In this document: one piece after another, positions 51,292 to 59,648 of the stretch | Numbering within the stretch: position 1 is the stretch's first letter | How the letters are laid out: each line of letters starts with the position of its first letter | DNA from: an uncultured delta proteobacterium | GTDB taxonomy: Bacteria > Myxococcota > Myxococcia > Myxococcales > Myxococcaceae | DNA: 64,000 bases | Direction of reading: 5' to 3' | Assembly (NCBI GenBank): GCA_963776345.1 | Contig: CAVZMH010000007.1 | Span: 32,001-96,000, forward strand | Position numbers and translations under genes: made by a program | Notes under the pieces: model-generated | The model's input: the letters and a program-made list of their open reading frames with translations, nothing else | What the model was told of the DNA's origin: nothing | Database searches by the model: none

Positions 51292-51912
51292 TCACTTCGC
51301 GGGCGCGGCCGGCGCGGCCGGGACTGCGGCTCCGGCGGGAGCGGACGCCGCGCTCGCCGTCGCCGAGTCCGCCCGGCGCTTCGCCTCCCCCTCGGCCTCG
51401 GTGCGCATCGTGGCGAGGCCCTTGTCGAAGTCCTTGCCGATCATCGCGTCCATGTCGGCGACCAGGGAGAAGGCCTTCCCCATGAAGTCGTTGGTGCCGG
51501 TCATCGCCCAGCTGACCTGGGTTCCTCCGCCCTCGGGCTTGAAGGCGAAGTCGGTCTGGTTGACGCTGGCCATCGGCTTGAGGAACTCGAGCCGGATGCC
51601 GACCCTCTGCGCCGGCCGGCTCTCGGTGATGCGCATGTTGCCCTCGCCCACCTTGGAGTTCCCGGCCCAGGCGTAGGTCGCGCCCACGCCGGAGGGCGGG
51701 CCCCCGTAGGTGGTCTTCATCGCCGGATCCAGCCTGGCCCACGGCGACCATCGGTCCCAGGCGTGGAAGTCGTTCACCAGGCCGAAGACCACCTCGGGCG
51801 GCGCGGCGATCCGCGTGCTCCGCTCCACCCGGTACGTCGATGGGCGCGTGGCGATGAGCACCACCAGGACGACGATGAGGGCGGCGACGCCGATGAGCAA
51901 CTTGCGCAGCAT
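51292..51912 (-). CDS. SRPBCC/polyketide cyclase-like protein
   Basis: N-terminal TM; motifs VERSTRIAAPPE, WSPW, GVGATYAW, GKDFDKGL. Confidence 0.88.
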   Translation of the reverse strand: MLRKLLIGVAALIVVLVVLIATRPSTYRVERSTRIAAPPEVVFGLVNDFHAWDRWSPWARLDPAMKTTYGGPPSGVGATYAWAGNSKVGEGNMRITESRPAQRVGIRLEFLKPMASVNQTDFAFKPEGGGTQVSWAMTGTNDFMGKAFSLVADMDAMIGKDFDKGLATMRTEAEGEAKRRADSATASAASAPAGAAVPAAPAAPAK

Positions 51913-52100
51913 GTTCGTTCACCTCCGGCGGATGGACCGAACGGCCGCCGCCCGCGAGCCGTCCCCCGTAGCACGGCCCCCGGCGCGCCCGCAGCCGGCA
52001 GTCCGCGAGCGGTCGTCCCGGTGGGGCTGACGGCGAACCTGGGCCGCTGCTACCGTCCCTCGACACTGCGTCGAGTCGGACCGACGGTGGAGGGGACCTC

Positions 52101-53036
52101 GTGGAGCCTGGGGTGATGGGGCCGCCGGCGCTCGATCCGGACCGCGAGCAGGCCTTCGCCCTCTTCCGGGAGGGCCGCGTCTCGACGCGCAACGCCGCGG
52201 CGGTGCTCCTCATGAGCCTGCTGCTCTTCGGCGCCTTCGCGCTCCGCGATCGGAGACCGGTCGACGTGCTGGTGCTGGTGGCGGTGCTGTTCCTCCACGA
52301 GCTCGGCCACTGGGCCGCGATGCGCCTGTGCGGGTACCAGGACACCAGCATCTTCTTCATCCCCCTCTTCGGGGCCGCGGCGTCGGGCCGCAGCATCGAC
52401 GGCGCGGCGTGGAAGGAGGGGCTGGTGCTGCTGGCAGGTCCGCTGCCCGGGCTCTTGCTCGGCATCCCGGTGCTCGCCGGCGGCGTGCTCCTGCACGAGG
52501 AGACGGCGAGGCGCGCGGGGTACGCGCTGCTCGGGGTGAACGCCTTCAACCTGCTCCCGCTGGTGCCCCTCGACGGCGGGCGGCTCTTCGAGCTGGTGCT
52601 CTTCCGGCGCCATCCCCTGCTCCTGGACGGCTTCCGGACCTGTGCGGCGGGCGGCCTGGGCGTGACGGCCCTCTGGCTTCACGACTGGATCCTGGGCGTG
52701 GTGGGAGTGGCGCTCCTGGCCACGCTGCCCGCGGGCCGGCGCATGCGAAGCGCCGTGGACGCGCTTCGCGGTCGGGTCGACGCCCGGGCTGCTCCTGCCG
52801 CGCTCGCTCCCGACGAGGTCGACGCGCTGTACGGCGCGGCCCGGGAGGTGTACCCGGGCCCAGAGCTGAGGCCCGCTCAGCGGGCCCGGACCATGCTGCA
52901 GCTGCAGGACGCGCTCCGGACGAGAACCCCGGGCTGGGGTGTCTCGCTGGCGCTCCTCGGCGGCTGGGTGCTCGGCGCGGCGCTGGTGGCGGTCGCCGTC
53001 GTCGGCGCGGCCCTGGCGCGGCGGCTCGCCGGCTGA
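52101..53036 (+). CDS. Site-2 protease (M50) family protein
   Basis: Motifs HELGH, LAGP, FNLLPLVPLDGG. Confidence 0.88.
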   Translation: MEPGVMGPPALDPDREQAFALFREGRVSTRNAAAVLLMSLLLFGAFALRDRRPVDVLVLVAVLFLHELGHWAAMRLCGYQDTSIFFIPLFGAAASGRSIDGAAWKEGLVLLAGPLPGLLLGIPVLAGGVLLHEETARRAGYALLGVNAFNLLPLVPLDGGRLFELVLFRRHPLLLDGFRTCAAGGLGVTALWLHDWILGVVGVALLATLPAGRRMRSAVDALRGRVDARAAPAALAPDEVDALYGAAREVYPGPELRPAQRARTMLQLQDALRTRTPGWGVSLALLGGWVLGAALVAVAVVGAALARRLAG

Positions 53037-53058
53037 CGGAGTGCGACCGTGGGGTGGG

Positions 53059-54054
53059 TCAGCGCCGCTTGAGGGCCGGCAGCGGCGCCGGCCCGGCGAG
53101 CTCGGTCGCGCCCTTCACCGCCTCGGCCACCCGGGCGCGGGCGGTGAGCGCGGCCAGCCGGGCCTTGCCGAACATCGCGGGCATGCTCTGCAGCGCGGCC
53201 CGCTCCTCCGGCGTGTACTTCTGGAAGGCGTACTTCACCGAGTCCGAGGGGAGCCGGAGGTCCCACACCAGCCCCAGCGCCGAGATCGCCTTCAGCACGT
53301 AGAAGCTCGCGTCCACCTCCCACCAGAACCAGCCCTGGTTGGCGGTGTTCTGGTGGTAGTGGTGGTTGTTGTGCCAGCCCTCGCCGCAGGTGACGAGCGC
53401 GAGGAGGAAGTTGTTCCGGCTGGTGTCGGTGGTCTTGTACCGGCGCGAGCCGAACACGTGGCTCAGCGAGTTGATGGTGAAGGTGCCGTGCCAGAGCAGC
53501 ACGGTGCTCACGAAGAAGCCCCACACCAGCAGCGGGAAGCCGCCGATCAGGAACACCGCCACTGCGAGGAGGAAGGGCGGAAGCAGGTGGAAGCGATTCA
53601 GGAACCGCAGCTCGGGGAAGCTCGCGAAGTCCTTGATCGACTCGGTACGGGTCTCCCCGTACTTGTCCGAGAGGATCCACCCCACGTGGCTCCACCAGAA
53701 ACCATCCTGGAGCGGCGAGTGGATGTCCGCAGGCTGATCCGACTCGCGGTGGTGGTGCCGGTGGTTCGCCGCCCACCAGAGCACGCCCTTCTGCGCCGAG
53801 GTCTCGGCGAAGAAGGCGAGCAGGAACTGGAACACCCGCGAGGTCTTGAAGGCGCGGTGGGCGAAGTACCGGTGGTACCCCACGGTCACGGGCCACATCC
53901 GCGCGTAGTACAGCGCCAGCGCCCACACCACGTAGGACCAGTGGAAGGGCACGAAGAAGACGGCCACCCCGGCGAAGACGTGGAACGCGAAGAACGGGAT
54001 CGAGGCGACCCAGTTGATGCGGTGATCCCGGGCGGGGGTGGCGGCAGTCGACAT
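53059..54054 (-). CDS. Acyl-CoA/fatty acid desaturase (delta-9 type)
   Basis: His boxes HRYFAH, HRHHH, WHNNHH; INSLSH. Confidence 0.93.
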   Translation of the reverse strand: MSTAATPARDHRINWVASIPFFAFHVFAGVAVFFVPFHWSYVVWALALYYARMWPVTVGYHRYFAHRAFKTSRVFQFLLAFFAETSAQKGVLWWAANHRHHHRESDQPADIHSPLQDGFWWSHVGWILSDKYGETRTESIKDFASFPELRFLNRFHLLPPFLLAVAVFLIGGFPLLVWGFFVSTVLLWHGTFTINSLSHVFGSRRYKTTDTSRNNFLLALVTCGEGWHNNHHYHQNTANQGWFWWEVDASFYVLKAISALGLVWDLRLPSDSVKYAFQKYTPEERAALQSMPAMFGKARLAALTARARVAEAVKGATELAGPAPLPALKRR

Positions 54055-54110
54055 CGAGTCCTCTGGCGAGAGTGCAAGGGAGAGGATGCACACCCCCTGT
54101 CAGGGCCCTG

Positions 54111-55472
54111 TCAGGACGCGGCAGATTTTCCCAGGGATTCGAGCCACTCCTGGAAGGCCGGCACCCCCGCCAGGGGCACGAGGTCCGGGTCGGTGGCGGC
54201 CCCTTCTCGGTCGGAGTAGCCCAGCTCACGGGCGCGGATCAGGAGCGTGACGGCCCGCCGGACGTCTCCCGCGCGCGCGTGGGCGCAGGCGACGTCGTAG
54301 GCCCGGGCGGCAGAGGGGCGGCGGGCCAGCGATTCGTCCCCGAAGCGAGCGGCCTCCGAGTAGGCGCCCCTGAGGAAGGCGACCCGTTCCGCGCACTCGT
54401 ACGCCGTGGCCAGGTCCACGCCCGGAAGCGCCGACGCGGCCTGGACGTTGCCCTGCCGGATGAGCGCGCCCGCCCACTCGTGGAGGACGGTGGCGTCGCG
54501 GGTCCGGCGTGCGGCCTGCTCCCAGAGGGGGATGGCGCGCGCGTCGTCCCCGACGAGGCTGAACGCCGCGGCCACCGCCTGTGGCTCGACGGGCCGGCCC
54601 TGGACCTGGCTGAACTCGTCGAGCGCGCGCCGTCCCTCGCCCTCCTTCAGCGCCACCCAGCCCAGCAGATGGTGGATGCGCGAGCGGGTGAGGACGGGGA
54701 GCTCGGCGCGGAGAAGTGCCGAAGCCTGCTCCCGCGCGCGCTCGAGCTGCCCGGAGCGGAACAGGGCCTCGGCCTCGAGCAGCTGCCGCGGAGGTGGGGC
54801 CTCGGGCGGGGCGCGCCAGAACTCGACCAGGGCCTGGGAGTTCTGGAAGCCGAAGAACACCAGGACCATCAGCAGCACCGGGTTCCCTCCCGAGCGGTAG
54901 AGCAGGAAGGCGAGGCCCGCGCAGGTCAGCGCGCCGAGCGAGAGCGCGGCGAGAACGCCGGCCCTCCCGAACACCCGCCCGAGGAGCGCCCGGCTCACCC
55001 GTCCACCGTCCATCGGCAGGACGGGGAGGAGATTGAGCACCGCCCAGCCGGCGTTCGCGCTGGCGGCGAGGTCCAGCGCCTGGCGGGCGATCCCGCCTCC
55101 GGGCACCTTGCCGGACGCCCACCAGCAGAGGAGGCCCAGGCTCGCGCCGAACAGCGGTCCGGCGAGCGTGGAGACCACGTCCTTGCCCCAGCTCAGCGGG
55201 GTGTCGGTGGCCGGCGTGGTCACGCCCCCGAACACCACCAGCTGGACGGTCGACGGATAGCCGTAGGCCCGGAAGGCCAGGGCGTGCCCCAGCTCGTGAA
55301 CCAGCACCGAGACGAACACCACCCCGATCCAGACCACCACCCAGGCGAGCTTGGCCCCCGACCCGGCGGCTGGGTCGACGGCGCGAGCGTCGGACAGGCC
55401 GAACATCAGACCCACCAGGAAGTGGGCGGGATGCACCAGCACGGAGATGGATCCGAGGCGGAAGCGCAGCAC
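54111..55472 (-). CDS. Site-2 protease (M50) with C-terminal TPRs
   Basis: Motifs HELGH, LAGP, NLLPVLPMDGG; TPR tail (YDVACAHARAG). Confidence 0.88.
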   Translation of the reverse strand: MLRFRLGSISVLVHPAHFLVGLMFGLSDARAVDPAAGSGAKLAWVVVWIGVVFVSVLVHELGHALAFRAYGYPSTVQLVVFGGVTTPATDTPLSWGKDVVSTLAGPLFGASLGLLCWWASGKVPGGGIARQALDLAASANAGWAVLNLLPVLPMDGGRVSRALLGRVFGRAGVLAALSLGALTCAGLAFLLYRSGGNPVLLMVLVFFGFQNSQALVEFWRAPPEAPPPRQLLEAEALFRSGQLERAREQASALLRAELPVLTRSRIHHLLGWVALKEGEGRRALDEFSQVQGRPVEPQAVAAAFSLVGDDARAIPLWEQAARRTRDATVLHEWAGALIRQGNVQAASALPGVDLATAYECAERVAFLRGAYSEAARFGDESLARRPSAARAYDVACAHARAGDVRRAVTLLIRARELGYSDREGAATDPDLVPLAGVPAFQEWLESLGKSAAS

Positions 55473-55548
55473 GGTCCCGTCACCTAGCACCGGGGGAGGG
55501 GGTCCTGCGCGCACGAAGGCTCCGTGCTATGCGCCCGGAGCCATCTCG

Positions 55549-56559
55549 ATGCTCCGCCTCGGCCCCTACGCGCTGAAGAACCCCTGGGTCCTCGCCCCGA
55601 TGGCCGGGGTGAGCGAGCAGCCGTTCCGCGTGCTCGCCTTCCGCATGGGGGCGGCGCTCTGTCCCACCGAGCTGGTCAGCGCCCAGGGGTTGATGCGGGC
55701 GAACGCCCGGACGGTGCGCTACCTCCGGCACGACGCCGAGGTGGAGCGTCCCTACTCGCTGCAGCTCTTCGGCGGCGAGCCGGAGGCGATGGCGCGGGCC
55801 GCCCTGACGGGGAAGGAGTGGGGCGCGCAGATCATCGACCTGAACATGGGCTGCCCGGTGAAGAAGGTCACCAAGAGCGGCGCGGGCTCCGCCCTGCTCT
55901 GTGACCCGCCGCGGGCGGCGGCCATCGTCCGCGCCATCCGCGAGGCTACCGGCCTGCCGGTGACGGCGAAGATCCGCAGCGGGTGGGACGCCCAGCGCCG
56001 GAATTATCTCGAGATGGCCGCGGCGCTCGAGGACGCCGGCTGCGTGGGCCTGGCGGTGCATCCCCGCACCCGCGCCCAGGGTTACGCCGGCCAGGCGGAC
56101 TGGTCGGTGATCGCCGATCTGCGGAAGCACGTGCGGTCGATGACGCTGATCGGCAACGGCGACGTGAAGACCCCGGCCGACGCCGTGCGGATGCGCGAGA
56201 CCACCGGCTGCGACCTGGTGATGATCGGCCGGGGTGCGCTGGGGAATCCGTGGATCTTCCGCCAGCTCGAGGGCGGGCCGGCGCCGGACAGCGACGAGCG
56301 GTGCCAGGTCGTCCTCGGGCACTTCCGGGCGCACGTGGCCTTCGTCGGCGACGCCGCGGCGGCGGTCCGCAGCTTCCGCAAGCACCTTTCTTGGTATTCG
56401 CACGGGCTGCGCGGCGCCGCCGCGTTCCGGGCCGAGGTCAACCAGCTGGTGCAGCCGGAGCAGGTGGAGCTCACGGTCCGGCGTTTCTTCCAGCAGGCGG
56501 TGGCGGACCTGGCTCCCGCCGAGGAGCAGGACGTGGACTACCGCGCAGCGCTGGGCTGA
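55549..56559 (+). CDS. dusB: tRNA-dihydrouridine synthase B
   Basis: Motifs LAPMAG, DLNMGCP, GAGSALL, HPRT, NGDV, MIGRGALGNPWIF. Confidence 0.92.
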   Translation: MLRLGPYALKNPWVLAPMAGVSEQPFRVLAFRMGAALCPTELVSAQGLMRANARTVRYLRHDAEVERPYSLQLFGGEPEAMARAALTGKEWGAQIIDLNMGCPVKKVTKSGAGSALLCDPPRAAAIVRAIREATGLPVTAKIRSGWDAQRRNYLEMAAALEDAGCVGLAVHPRTRAQGYAGQADWSVIADLRKHVRSMTLIGNGDVKTPADAVRMRETTGCDLVMIGRGALGNPWIFRQLEGGPAPDSDERCQVVLGHFRAHVAFVGDAAAAVRSFRKHLSWYSHGLRGAAAFRAEVNQLVQPEQVELTVRRFFQQAVADLAPAEEQDVDYRAALG

Positions 56560-57449
56560 GCGCGGCGGGCACCTCTCCCCCGGGGGAGGGACCGCTCCGC
56601 CGCCTCGTGGAGCACCTGCACCATCACGGCCCGGAGATCCGCCACGCGCCCGGGCGCCGCGTCGCCCGCGCCCTCGACCCGGAAGGCCATCGAGGGAAGC
56701 GCGGGCAGCCGCCGCTCGATGAGGCGCCTGACCCGCAGCGGCGTCCCGAGCTCGGTGCGGACGGTGACCCCCAGCCCGGCCGACACCGCCGCCCACAGGC
56801 CCGAGAGGCTCGGGCTGCTGAACGCCACGCGCCAGGGGAGCCCGGCGCGGTCCAGCGCCTCCAGCGCGAGCCGCCGGAAGGTGCAGGGGGGCTCGAAGAG
56901 CACCAGTGGCAGCGGCGTCCCCGGGCTCCATCGGAAGCCCGGCGCGGCGAGCCAGCAAACCGGTAGCTGCGCTTCCTCCGGATCGGGCCGTCCGGGCTCG
57001 GGATCGAAGGTGACGGCCAGGTCCAGCGCCGCGCGGGAGAGGAGCTCCCTCAGGACCACGTTTCGCTCCACCCGCACCTCGAGCTGCACGCGGGGATGCG
57101 CCCGGGCGAAGCGGCCCAGCGCCCAGGGGAGCCAGCGCTCGGCGACGTCCTGCGGAAGGCCCAGGCGGATCGGCGCCCCGGCCGCGTCCTCGCCCAGCCC
57201 CTCGAGGAGCTGGTCATTGAGGGCCAGCATCCTCCGGCCGACCGCGAGCACCCGCTCCCCCTCGGCGTTGAGCTCCAGGCGACGCCCGGCCTTGCGGAAG
57301 AGCCGCCGACCGCACTGGGCCTCGAGCCGCTTCAGCTGCAGGCTGACGGCGGAGAGCGTGCGCCCGACCCGCCGCGAGGCGCGCGAGAGGGTGCCGGTCT
57401 CCTGCACCAGGGACAGGGTCCGCAGCAACTCGAGATCCAGGGTCTGCAC
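56538..57449 (-). CDS. LysR-family transcriptional regulator
   Basis: HTH LDLELLRT...SAVSLQLKRLE and substrate-binding domain; divergent from the tautomerase gene. Confidence 0.92.
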   Translation of the reverse strand: MQTLDLELLRTLSLVQETGTLSRASRRVGRTLSAVSLQLKRLEAQCGRRLFRKAGRRLELNAEGERVLAVGRRMLALNDQLLEGLGEDAAGAPIRLGLPQDVAERWLPWALGRFARAHPRVQLEVRVERNVVLRELLSRAALDLAVTFDPEPGRPDPEEAQLPVCWLAAPGFRWSPGTPLPLVLFEPPCTFRRLALEALDRAGLPWRVAFSSPSLSGLWAAVSAGLGVTVRTELGTPLRVRRLIERRLPALPSMAFRVEGAGDAAPGRVADLRAVMVQVLHEAAERSLPRGRGARRAQPSAAR

Positions 57450-57492
57450 CGGAGGTCCAAGCTTCAAGAAGACTCAAGTGTCAGTCAAGAAC

Positions 57493-57509
57493 TTCGAGAT
57501 TTTCTCGAA
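57493..57509. promoter_or_regulatory. Palindromic operator in the LysR/tautomerase divergent region
   Basis: Perfect 7-3-7 palindrome TTCGAGA-TTT-TCTCGAA in an AT-enriched intergenic patch. Confidence 0.55.
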
Positions 57510-57579
57510 TCGAGGCCGACAGTACGAGAAGCGGCGTGGTCGCGCCAGTCCGGCCGGCCCGTCACCAGGGAGCCCCGTC

Positions 57580-57978
57580 ATGCCGTTCATCCACGTCCGC
57601 TACTCCACCCCGGTCGATCGAGACCTCCGCCAGCCCCTCGCCGCCCTGGTCACCGAGACCACGGCCAAGGTCCTCCGGAAGAACGCCGAGCTCACCTCGG
57701 TGGCCGTCGAGCAGGTCCCCGCGGCCAGCTGGTTCATCGCCGGGAGATCGCTCGCCGAGCACCGGAAGGCCACCTTCTTCCTCGAGGTCCGCGTCACCCG
57801 GGGCACCAACGTGAAGGAGGAGAAGGCCGCGTACCTCCGGGAGATCTTCCGGGGCATGGAGGCCCTGCTCGGCCCGCTGCACCCCGAGTCGTACGTCCAC
57901 GTGCACGAGGCGGACGGCGACGCTTACGGCTACGGCGGCCTGTCGCAGGACGCGCGCTGGGTCCGGGCGAACGCCTGA
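57580..57978 (+). CDS. 4-oxalocrotonate tautomerase-family protein
   Basis: N-terminal Met-Pro (catalytic Pro1); motifs WFIAG, GTN..EEKA, SYVHVHE, YGYGG. Confidence 0.88.
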   Translation: MPFIHVRYSTPVDRDLRQPLAALVTETTAKVLRKNAELTSVAVEQVPAASWFIAGRSLAEHRKATFFLEVRVTRGTNVKEEKAAYLREIFRGMEALLGPLHPESYVHVHEADGDAYGYGGLSQDARWVRANA

Positions 57979-57994
57979 CGCCGGACCGGCGACG

Positions 57995-59320
57995 TCAGCC
58001 GGTGGCGGCGACCGGGGTGGGCGCGCGCAGCGGCGGGGCGACCCCCCGTGGCGGCCGGAGCTCCCGCTCCAGGGCCGTGGAGCGGAAGTAATCGCAGGCC
58101 GGGGTCGCGCGCCGCTCGAGCGTGGCGAAATCCACGTGGTACAGCCCGAACCGCGGGCCCCACCCCTCGAGCCACTCGAAGTTGTCGAGCAGGGACCAGT
58201 AGAGGTAGCCGCGCACGTCGATGCCCGCGGACTGGGCCTGGAGCACCGCGGCCCAGTGCCTCCAGAGGAACTCGCTCCGGCGGTCGCCCGCCCGGTCGTC
58301 GATCCCGTTCTCGGTCACCCACACCGGGAGCCCGTAGCGCCGGGTGGAGAGCAGCACCTGGGTGAGGCCTTCCGGGTACAGCTCCCAGCCGATGTCGGTG
58401 AGTCCGCGGTGGAGCGGGTCGCGGTACTTGAACTCGAGATACGGCGCGCGGGCCACGAAGCGGAGGTGCGCCCGCGTGTAGTAATTGACCCCCACGAAGT
58501 CGAGGCTGTCCCGCGCGCCTTCCAGCGTCTGCCGGGTGGTGAAGAGGCCGGGCATGAACATCCGCAGCTCACCGGTGAGCAGCGCCTCGAGGAAGGTGTG
58601 GTTGTAGGCCTGGTCCGCGAGCCGCACCAGCGCGTGGTCCATCGGGTTCCAGACGCGGTCGGCGGAGAAGGCCAGCATGTTCTGGCTGGTGCCGATGGGC
58701 AGCTTGCCGGCGTGGGTGAGAAGCTCCTCTCGCGCCGCGGCGTGCGCCCGGCCGATGTTCGCCAGCGCCGGCATGGCCAGTCTCGGATCGGCGATGCCCG
58801 GGGGAATCACTCCCTGCACGTAGCCGCCGAGGAGCAGCACCATCGGCTCGTTGAAGGTGAGCACCACCGCGTCGAGGCCGCGGAGCACCTCGGCGCAGGC
58901 CCGGGCGTAGCGCCGGAAGGCGGCCACGCTCTCCGGGTGGTGCCAGGGCGTCTGGCGATGGAACCACGCCGGGTGCGTGAAGTGATGCAGCGTCACCACC
59001 GGCCGCAGCCCCACCTCGGTCATCGCCACCAGCCGACGCCGGTAGCCGTCCAGCGCCTCCTCGTCGAAGCGGCCGCGCTGTGGCTCGATGCGCGCCCACT
59101 CCAGGCTCATCCGGAACGCCGTCGCGCCGAGGTCGCGCGCGAGGCGGTAGTCCTCGCTCCAGCGGTTCCAGTGATCCACGCCGGCGCCGGCGACGTGCTT
59201 GGTGCGGCCCGCGCGCTCCCACTCGCTCCAGTCGTTCTCGATGTGACCCTCGACCTGGTACGCGGCGGTGGCGACACCGAAGACGAAGTCGGAGGGGAAG
59301 TGGAGTGGAGGCGCGTTCAT
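57995..59320 (-). CDS. Glycoside hydrolase family 1 (beta-glucosidase-like)
   Basis: Motifs ATAAYQVEG, TFNEP (acid/base), VTENG (nucleophile), WSLLDNFEW. Confidence 0.95.
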   Translation of the reverse strand: MNAPPLHFPSDFVFGVATAAYQVEGHIENDWSEWERAGRTKHVAGAGVDHWNRWSEDYRLARDLGATAFRMSLEWARIEPQRGRFDEEALDGYRRRLVAMTEVGLRPVVTLHHFTHPAWFHRQTPWHHPESVAAFRRYARACAEVLRGLDAVVLTFNEPMVLLLGGYVQGVIPPGIADPRLAMPALANIGRAHAAAREELLTHAGKLPIGTSQNMLAFSADRVWNPMDHALVRLADQAYNHTFLEALLTGELRMFMPGLFTTRQTLEGARDSLDFVGVNYYTRAHLRFVARAPYLEFKYRDPLHRGLTDIGWELYPEGLTQVLLSTRRYGLPVWVTENGIDDRAGDRRSEFLWRHWAAVLQAQSAGIDVRGYLYWSLLDNFEWLEGWGPRFGLYHVDFATLERRATPACDYFRSTALERELRPPRGVAPPLRAPTPVAATG

Positions 59321-59399
59321 CGCGAGCGAGAAGGATGAAACCTAACAGCGCGCGCTGCTCCTCGCGTGCACGCGCGCCTCCGAGCTCCCGGTCGATTCG

Positions 59400-59429
59400 T
59401 TGACATGAGGGCGCTCACGTCACTACCAT
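59400..59429 (+). promoter_or_regulatory. Sigma70-type promoter
   Basis: TTGACA at 59400-59405, 18-nt spacer, TACCAT at 59424-59429. Confidence 0.65.
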
Positions 59430-59482
59430 TCGTTTCACTCACTCGGCCCGAGTGACGAACACGAACCCGGAGGGACGGACTG

Positions 59483-59566
59483 ATGGCCGCAAAGAAGAAG
59501 ACCGCGAAGAGGAAGCCGGCCGCAAAGAAGAAGACCGCGAAGAGGAAGACGTCCAAGCGGAGGTAG
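59483..59566 (+). CDS. 27-aa Lys/Arg-rich histone-like small protein
   Basis: MAAKKKTAKRKPAAKKKTAKRKTSKRR*; GGAGGG RBS upstream; internal 31-bp duplication; below the ORF-track cutoff. Confidence 0.8.
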   Translation: MAAKKKTAKRKPAAKKKTAKRKTSKRR

Positions 59567-59591
59567 CGGTCACTCTCCTCCGGGAGAAGAC

Positions 59592-59627
59592 GAACGGCTC
59601 GGCGGATCGCCGGGCCGTTTCGCTTTT
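59592..59627 (+). terminator. Intrinsic terminator after the small basic gene
   Basis: Stem GAACGGCTCGGCG / CGCCGGGCCGTTT followed by CGCTTTT. Confidence 0.7.
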
Positions 59628-59648
59628 CTGGGCAGGCTCGGACCACCC

